From the NCBI GenBank assembly GCA_030390025.1, contig CM059431.1, forward strand, positions 121,522,001-121,586,000: a DNA stretch of 64,000 nucleotides, in the 5' to 3' direction. Position 1 is the stretch's first letter, and each line of letters opens with the position of its first letter. Source of the stretch: Squalus acanthias. Taxonomy: Eukaryota. Positions 40,070 to 46,715 of this stretch are shown piece by piece. A model generated the notes under the pieces. It ran no database searches and was not told the origin of the DNA. It saw only the letters and a program-made list of their open reading frames with translations. A program made the position numbers and the translations under genes.

Positions 40070-41881
40070 ATGGCGACCGCGGCAGGACACTGGCAGCGAG
40101 AGGGTAGTGTGTTAGATTTTGGAATGACTGTACAAAATGTTATGCAGGAAAAGATAGCGGATTATGTGTTTGGAAAGGTTAATCTAACTAAGAAATGGAT
40201 AAGTGAATTGTTAGCGGATAAGAGCCCACTAGAGGCAGCTGAAAGGTGGACAGATAGTAAAGAACATAGAAAGACACTTGAGAAAGCAGTCTGGCTTATG
40301 TGTTACAAAAGGCAGGTTCAGATTTCAAACCAGACCATTACAGCGCTAGTAGCTCGAATCAGTCATTTAGAGGGAGAAATGGAGGAGAAGGTTTCTGGAG
40401 GGGAGGTGCTCATTAAGAATTTAAATGAGTTACACCAAGAAAGCCAGGAAGTCTCCAGTCACCTTAAAACAAGGATAGATTATCTCGAATGCCAGGTCAC
40501 TGAGGCAAAATTGAATGAGAGCAGGTTAAAGGAAAGATGTAACCGCCAAGCTGCCCAGATAAGAACTCAAGAAGAGAGCTTGACCGGGGTTAGGGCGGCA
40601 TATAAGTTGGCCCTTGAGGATAAGTTTCAGGGAGCCGATCATAGCGCCTGCCAAAGGGAGATAGAGCACCTCAAAAAGGCCGTGAACAATGCGAACGGCA
40701 TGGTGTGCCTTATCAATCCGTCGGCGCACCAGCCGCTAGTAAATGAGAGATTTAGAAAATCCCCACCAAGTAAAGCAGAAGAAGTAGTAGTCACTGCGCC
40801 CTCCGCGCCACCCAGCTATTCAGAAACCTGGGTTAGGGAGGAAGCAATGGAAGAAACAAAAGAGCCCATTGAAAAAGAAGTAGGAAAGGGATCGTTATAT
40901 CCAGTAACGGGTATTAAAAGGGGCCCAAGCAGAAACGGTGGGGAAGAACCGGGGGATCTCCTCGGACAGCTGGTGTTGCCTCACAGTTCACATCAGCTGA
41001 GAGCTATGATAAATCACGTACGGAAGCTGACCGAGACAGACGACCCTTCCGTACATTTCAGAGAAGTTGAGCAAGCCGCAGCCATTAACGGCTGCGATGA
41101 TGGGGAAACAGCAAAAATGCTGCTGTTCTCATTAGACAGCTCGGTCCTTCAGTGTCTCTCAGGCGAGAGCAAGAGGGGAACCAAGAGTTATGAGGAATTA
41201 AAGAATGAGGTCCTGGAAGTGTTGGGGGCGAACGACGAAGGTCCGTTTGCTAGAGTGGGACAGACAGTGCAGATGGAGGGAGAACCCCCGAAGGTTTTTG
41301 CCGACAGGCTGTGGCCAGTATATGAGCGCAGCTGTCTAGGTGCGCCCGAGCGCGAAGATGTGGAAGGTTTAGCTTTAACTCATTGGCTTAGGTGCATAAT
41401 AGCCAACAGTTTACCAGCCGTCAGAGAGCAGGCAAAAGCATGGTTTGATCCCAATGACCCCAACATTACGGAAGAGTCGGTCTTGAATCGACTCACGTTA
41501 GGTTATCGCAATATAAGGGGTATGGCAACACGTCCCCTTAAGGGAAGAGTACATGAGGTACGACCCGCAGCCCCGTATCAAAGAGAGTGGCATCAGGAGG
41601 GTAATCGCGCCCCACAGGCAGGTAATGCTTGTTACGGGTGTGGGAAGACAGGGCACTGGCGCAAGCATTGCAGGAACCCTTGGAAGGATTCCAAGGATAA
41701 AAATCCCGCGGTCCGAGCCCAGGCGCCTGTCCCGGCTAAGGAAGCCAAGGCACCCACCCCTCCTGACGACCTCGAAGCAGTGTTAGGAGCCATGCGCAAG
41801 CTGGTCTTGAATGCGCGTGGACAGGTGGCGGTCGCAACCGGCCCCGTAGGTGCCGCAGGACCGTCTAATAGTACCCCATGA
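40070..41881 (+). CDS. gag: Gag polyprotein (603 aa): N-terminal coiled coil, PSAPPSY late domain, capsid-like region, CCHC zinc knuckle
   Basis: Open ORF directly after the LTR; CYGCGKTGHWRKHC at 41630-41671; PSAPPSY at 40799-40819; start could alternatively be the ATG at 40124. Confidence 0.92.
   Translation: MATAAGHWQREGSVLDFGMTVQNVMQEKIADYVFGKVNLTKKWISELLADKSPLEAAERWTDSKEHRKTLEKAVWLMCYKRQVQISNQTITALVARISHLEGEMEEKVSGGEVLIKNLNELHQESQEVSSHLKTRIDYLECQVTEAKLNESRLKERCNRQAAQIRTQEESLTGVRAAYKLALEDKFQGADHSACQREIEHLKKAVNNANGMVCLINPSAHQPLVNERFRKSPPSKAEEVVVTAPSAPPSYSETWVREEAMEETKEPIEKEVGKGSLYPVTGIKRGPSRNGGEEPGDLLGQLVLPHSSHQLRAMINHVRKLTETDDPSVHFREVEQAAAINGCDDGETAKMLLFSLDSSVLQCLSGESKRGTKSYEELKNEVLEVLGANDEGPFARVGQTVQMEGEPPKVFADRLWPVYERSCLGAPEREDVEGLALTHWLRCIIANSLPAVREQAKAWFDPNDPNITEESVLNRLTLGYRNIRGMATRPLKGRVHEVRPAAPYQREWHQEGNRAPQAGNACYGCGKTGHWRKHCRNPWKDSKDKNPAVRAQAPVPAKEAKAPTPPDDLEAVLGAMRKLVLNARGQVAVATGPVGAAGPSNSTP
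40071..40088 (+). promoter_or_regulatory. Primer binding site, tRNA-Arg(TCG)
   Basis: TGGCGACCGCGGCAGGAC is the 18-nt complement of the vertebrate tRNA-Arg(TCG) 3' end ...GTCCTGCCGCGGTCGCCA (recalled sequence). Confidence 0.88.
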
Positions 41882-44800
41882 CTAGAACCGGCGCAGCCCG
41901 TCTACCTGTGTCCGCTTAGCTATGACGCGTGGAGGCGACCTGTGGTGGAGATGGAGGTAGAGAAACAGAAGGGTAGTTATTTGTTGGACACGGGAGCTTC
42001 TTGCACCATAATCCATACAGATAACCCTTTCGACTCGCCGCTATCTACCAAGGTCCCATTCACGTTAGCAGGGTTCACAGGAAAAGAACAGGCTGGCACG
42101 TTTTCCCTTCCGCTATCCATTCGTTTAGGAACACTTCGCCTTAAGTGGAAGTGTATACTGATGGCATGGCAAAAGGGGGGTGGAAGAGGTATCCTCGGGT
42201 CCGATCTCCTAGCGGGACACGGGATCCTCGTGGACCTCAGAAATCACTGTCTCTGGGGGGCTAAAGGTGAAGAAGGCGAGGTAATAGTGATTCCGGGGGA
42301 GGAAGAAACAGAGGTCCTGTGTACCGTACAGCCATCCGGAGGCTACGACCTCAGGCTTATGGTCGCAGATGTCCCAACGGACATGCAAACGTACGTGTCA
42401 GATAATATGCACGCGTTTGCAACCCACAAGCACGATTGTGGGAGAGTGGTCGGGTTTGAGGTCAGCGTAGATGGGGACCCCATGACCCGACCCCAAAAGC
42501 AGTATAACTTCCCCAAAGAAGCAGAACCCGATATGGAGACAGCAATGTCCTCCTTGGTGCAGCAGGGCGTGTTGAGGCCAATAGCCACACACGTAAACTC
42601 CCCATTATGGCCGGTTAGGAAGCCGGATAATTCGTGGAGGGCCACGGTGGACTACAGAGTCCTTAACAGTAACATTCCCGCCTGCGCGCCCACAGTAGCA
42701 GCAGTTGCTGACCTAATAGGGAGCATCCCAGCGTCCGCGACCACGTTCACGGTGCTGGATATCTCGAACGGTTTTTGGTCCATCCCGCTGCGGCGAGAGG
42801 ACCAGTACAAGTTTGCCTTTACTTTCAAAGGACAACAGTACACATGGAACTGTCTGCCACAGGGTTTCCACAATAGCCCCAGTATTTTTCATCAGTGTAT
42901 GGCAGGAAGTTTAAAGGAGTTTAGTCAGCCCAATCAGATAGTACAGTATGTGGATGATTTGCTCCTATTTACGGACTCAAGGGAGGAGCACGGACCACTA
43001 CTGGACGAGTTATTGGAGCTGTTAGCGAGAAAGGGTTTTAAAATAAACCCTAAGAAAGCACGTATCGGTCAGCGGGAAGTAAAGTTCCTGGGACTGACCA
43101 TACGCGCTGGGGAAAGAGCCATAGACAAAGCAAGGAGGGAGTCGGTGCAAGAATTACCGATTCCCAACAACGTAAGGGGTGTGAGGTCCTTCTTGGGACT
43201 GACCGGTTACTGCAGGGATTTTATCGAAGATTATGCGGCCACAGCGGCGCCGCTCCTCCGACTCCTCCATAAGGGGGTGGAGTGGCTTTGGGACGAGGGC
43301 TGCCAAGCAGCCTTCGAGAAGTTAAAAAGGGATCTGCAGACCGCGCCAGCCTTAGGGGCCATAGATGGGGGGAAGGAGTTTTTCCTGGAGGTAGCTGCCA
43401 GCGGAGACAGCTTAAGCGCCGTACTGCTCCAAGAGCGTCACGGCAAGCTGAGGCCGGTTGTCTATTCATCCAGGGTATTAACGGATGTGGAGAGAAGTTT
43501 CTCCAATTGCGAAAGGCACCTTTTAGCCACGCATTGGGCTGTGAAAAGATCAGCGATCTTCACAGGGCTCTCTCCCATCACTCTCCTCACACATCACACA
43601 CCAACTAAGATGCTTCTGGATGGGAGGATTAAAGACGGGACCGTAAGCAGCGCACGCATTGCGCGTTGGACCCTTCTTCTCTCCCAGTTGGATCTTAGAG
43701 TAAAAGGTCTTTGCGAGCCAAGGCTTGCGGCCAATCTGGTATACCCCGGTACAGCCCACCGGTGTTCGGTGGAAGGGGTGTGGGACGTCAACATAGGTTT
43801 ACGGGCCGGGATACATCCCACTGGGCGCGAGATTTATGTTGATGGGTCTAGCACAGTATCTGCTGGCGAGCGACTCACAGGGTGTGGAGTTTATGACCCT
43901 GCGGCAGACCTTGCCCTGGCGATCAAGCTCCCTAGCACCATGAGCGCGCAGCAGGCCGAGCTGTCTGCCGTGGTGTACGTTGTGACCCACCCAGACATTT
44001 TCCCAACCCCATACACGATTTGCTCGGACAGTATGTTCACCTGCAATTCGTGTACGGAATACCTGGCCATTTGGTCCCGCCGCGGATACACCTCCGCGGA
44101 CGGGCGACCTTTAACGGTGAAGCCCTTGCTGGAAAAGATCTTAGCAGCAGCAGTGGGGGAGGAAGGAGAGATTTTCATCCATAAGGTGAAAGCTCACTCC
44201 TCCACAGAGCCCCGTGGGGAGGGCAACCGGCAGGCGGATGCGCTAGCCAGGGAGGGTGCCCGCGACGGCACTTTCTGGAACCCCTATAGGACCGGACCCA
44301 TAGCAGCGGTCCGAGGCGGGGACGGGAATCCCGGGAACACCAGGGTAGCATTGCCCCTAGACCTCAAGACCGTCCAAACCCAGGATCCCGCCCTAAAAGC
44401 AGTCCTAAAAACGATTGCTGAAGGGAGGCAGGTAGAAGGTCCGTACAGTACGGCAACCCTCTCAGTTAAGGAAGGCATGCTGTTCCGCGAGGAGCAGTGG
44501 GTTGTGCCACAGCAGCACAGGAGGGAATTCCTCCAGTTGGCTCACGAGGGACCAGGGGCAGGGCACCCCGGGCCCGAGGTTACCTGGCAACGGGTAGAGC
44601 AAGCGGGATGGTGGCCAGGGCTCAGGGAACAAGTCCGCGAGTTCTGTGCAAACTGTCTTGTGTGCGCTGCAAACAACCCAGACCCCCAGAAAAGGAAGGT
44701 GCCCATGGGACACGTAAGAAGGGTAGAGGGACCATGGCAGTCGATACAGATCGACTATATAGGACCCCTGCCCACCACCCAGGGAGGTTATAAGTACTGC

Positions 44801-46378
44801 CTCGTCCTGGTGGATGTGTTTTCCAAGTGGGTGGAAGCCTTCCCTTGTCGAACAGCTACGGCACTGGGTACAGCAAAAATCTTGGTCCGGGAAGTGTTCT
44901 CGCGGTGGGGACTCCCCCGTTTTGTGGAGTCAGACCAAGGGAGTCATTTCACCGGCCAGGTGATGCAGAACACCCTCATGCTTTTGGGCATTGAAGGGAA
45001 GTGGCACGTAGCACACAATCCCCAGTCATCCGGGATTGTTGAACGTATGAACCGGACCCTGAAGGAGAAATTGAGGAAAGAGACTAGGAACTCGCCCCAA
45101 AAATGGGCGGAGGTTCTGCCTTTAGTCCTCATGGGGGTCCGGGCCAGTCAGTCGAAAAGTACGGGGTATTCCCCGCACGAGGTGATGACTGGGAGGCTCA
45201 TGCGAACCCCCACCCATGTGCTAGCGCCGGTGCTCACTGAGGGTCAGCTCCAAGAAATAAGCAGGGACAAGTTCGCCCAGACCCTCTTGGAGCGCCTAAA
45301 ACAGGTGTATGAGCAGGCGGCTGGGAACATGGGAAGGCAGCATCAGGGCAATCGCTTGTTGCTGGAACCCCGCAAAACGCGGGAGTGGGAAGTAGGAGAC
45401 CAGGTCATGGTCAGAAACTACGCCAGAGTAGGGAGTCTGGAACCACTGTATATGGGACCCTACAACATTGTAGACAAGGCGAGTCCCATGGTTTACGCCG
45501 TAAAAGTACCACGGCGCACTAAGTGGTTCCACATAAACCAATGCAAACTGTACCAGCCAGGTGCGCAGGGGAAAACTACAGGGGTAAATCCCGCCAATGG
45601 GAGAGCACAGCCCCAGGTAGGACCACAAGGCACACAGGCAGGCATAGCAGCTTGCATCAGGGGAAGGGACATCCCGGACGATCATGCAGCGTTTTTCTGG
45701 AATTGGGGGTTAGATGAGGAAGAATTCAGGGTACCCGGGTCAGATGAGGATAGTGCAGATGAGGATAGTGATGACGACGGGTGGTTTCGGAGGAACGGTC
45801 CCTTTTACGATATGGAGGGGACGGGGGCTGCAGGTAGAGATCCACACAGGGTGGACACACGAGCTGCAGGTCCCGAAGACAGGAGGGAGGAGCTAGAGGA
45901 GGCAGGGCCAGCCGCTATGGGAGCACAGAGAGTACCGGTGTGGCTCCCAGAGATGTGGCCGCCCGCTTTGAACGTCCAGTCCTCAGGGGAGGCAGAGATC
46001 ACGAGTGAAGGGCCGCCTGCTGGGCCGAGCAGGGCGGAGCCACGAACTGCCAGCCCCGAGGTTAGGGAGGCGGAGTCAGCGGAGGCGGAGCCAGCGACTG
46101 TGATGGAACCCCAGGTCATCCCGATGGAAGTCTCGGAACCCGGTCCGTCCGTCACGGAAACCCCGCCCATAGCAACTCCCCGTAGGTCAAGTAGAGAACC
46201 CCAGCCCAGGAGGATGTGGTCATGTCCCCAGACTGCCCCAAGGCGAAAATTTAAGGTTAAGATAACCCAGATACAGACCGGCCACATCGCAGCAGTAACA
46301 GGCTGCGGCAGATCAGAGGGAAGGGTCAGTGCCCTCCCACCGTCGGGAAGAGCTCGCAGCAGCCTTCTCAGAATTTAA
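41882..46378 (+). CDS. pol: Pol (protease, RT, degenerate RNase H tether, RNase H, integrase, C-terminal extension), probably made as Gag-Pol by UGA readthrough
   Basis: LLDTGAS; LPQGFHNSP, YVDD; FFLEVAAS..(tether); YVDGS/SAQQAEL/SDS/KAHS/GNRQAD; HHCC; IDYIGP, SDQG, SSGIVERMN; GPY. Frame is open from the codon after the gag stop. Confidence 0.95.
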   Translation, partial: LEPAQPVYLCPLSYDAWRRPVVEMEVEKQKGSYLLDTGASCTIIHTDNPFDSPLSTKVPFTLAGFTGKEQAGTFSLPLSIRLGTLRLKWKCILMAWQKGGGRGILGSDLLAGHGILVDLRNHCLWGAKGEEGEVIVIPGEEETEVLCTVQPSGGYDLRLMVADVPTDMQTYVSDNMHAFATHKHDCGRVVGFEVSVDGDPMTRPQKQYNFPKEAEPDMETAMSSLVQQGVLRPIATHVNSPLWPVRKPDNSWRATVDYRVLNSNIPACAPTVAAVADLIGSIPASATTFTVLDISNGFWSIPLRREDQYKFAFTFKGQQYTWNCLPQGFHNSPSIFHQCMAGSLKEFSQPNQIVQYVDDLLLFTDSREEHGPLLDELLELLARKGFKINPKKARIGQREVKFLGLTIRAGERAIDKARRESVQELPIPNNVRGVRSFLGLTGYCRDFIEDYAATAAPLLRLLHKGVEWLWDEGCQAAFEKLKRDLQTAPALGAIDGGKEFFLEVAASGDSLSAVLLQERHGKLRPVVYSSRVLTDVERSFSNCERHLLATHWAVKRSAIFTGLSPITLLTHHTPTKMLLDGRIKDGTVSSARIARWTLLLSQLDLRVKGLCEPRLAANLVYPGTAHRCSVEGVWDVNIGLRAGIHPTGREIYVDGSSTVSAGERLTGCGVYDPAADLALAIKLPSTMSAQQAELSAVVYVVTHPDIFPTPYTICSDSMFTCNSCTEYLAIWSRRGYTSADGRPLTVKPLLEKILAAAVGEEGEIFIHKVKAHSSTEPRGEGNRQADALAREGARDGTFWNPYRTGPIAAVRGGDGNPGNTRVALPLDLKTVQTQDPALKAVLKTIAEGRQVEGPYSTATLSVKEGMLFREEQWVVPQQHRREFLQLAHEGPGAGHPGPEVTWQRVEQAGWWPGLREQVREFCANCLVCAANNPDPQKRKVPMGHVRRVEGPWQSIQIDYIGPLPTTQGGYKYCLVLVDVFSKWVEAFPCRTATALGTAKILVREVFSRWGLPRFVESDQGSHFTGQVMQNTLMLLGIEGKWHVAHNPQSSGIVERMNRTLKEKLRKETRNSPQKWAEVLPLVLMGVRASQSKSTGYSPHEVMTGRLMRTPTHVLAPVLTEGQLQEISRDKFAQTLLERLKQVYEQAAGNMGRQHQGNRLLLEPRKTREWEVGDQVMVRNYARVGSLEPLYMGPYNIVDKASPMVYAVKVPRRTKWFHINQCKLYQPGAQGKTTGVNPANGRAQPQVGPQGTQAGIAACIRGRDIPDDHAAFFWNWGLDEEEFRVPGSDEDSADEDSDDDGWFRRNGPFYDMEGTGAAGRDPHRVDTRAAGPEDRREELEEAGPAAMGAQRVPVWLPEMWPPALNVQSSGEAEITSEGPPAGPSRAEPRTASPEVREAESAEAEPATVMEPQVIPMEVSEPGPSVTETPPIATPRRSSREPQPRRMWSCPQTAPRRKFKVKITQIQTGHIAAVTGCGRSEGRVSALPPSGRARSSLLRI

Positions 46379-46421
46379 AGGGGCCGCCCTGAGAACGGGC
46401 GGCACTGTAAAGTTATAGTTC

Positions 46422-46507
46422 TAAGTTTTAAGTTTATAGTTCAAGGCTAAGTTTTAAGTTTATAGTTCAAGGTTAAGTTTTAAGTTTATAGTTCAAGGTT
46501 AAGTTTT
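46422..46507 (+). repeat. Tandem repeat, 26-bp unit x3 plus partial, between pol and env
   Basis: TAAGTTTTAAGTTTATAGTTCAAGG(C/T) starting at 46422, 46448, 46474, 46500 (partial). Confidence 0.9.
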
Positions 46508-46715
46508 ATGTTTTATTAAGGTTAAGTTTGTAGTGTTTTTAACAGAAAACGATAAAATGATGGGAGCTTTAAAGATAGGTTTAGTTGAAGTTTATTCAGC
46601 GAACGTTGAAGTTTACGTGAGGCGAGGTCAGGGGACCCGCTCACCCTTCACAAAAGCCAGAGACTCTTGCGAGGCTGGCTACCTCATTCTATCTGATCAC
46701 AGGAACCAAGGAAGG

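Noticed and set aside
41879..41881. Selenocysteine recoding of the gag UGA
   Set aside because: No SECIS element recognised; the CUAG context is a simpler explanation
45805..46287. 160-aa antisense ORF under the pol tail
   Set aside because: Low-complexity, GC-rich shadow ORF with no motifs
46422..46507. CRISPR-like repeat array
   Set aside because: Units are head-to-tail with no unique spacers; eukaryotic proviral context; no cas genes
46533..46715. 61-aa N-terminal extension of env given by the ORF track
   Set aside because: Starts at a non-ATG codon; the signal peptide and a candidate splice acceptor point to ATG 46716. A long leader peptide from ATG 46557 cannot be fully excluded
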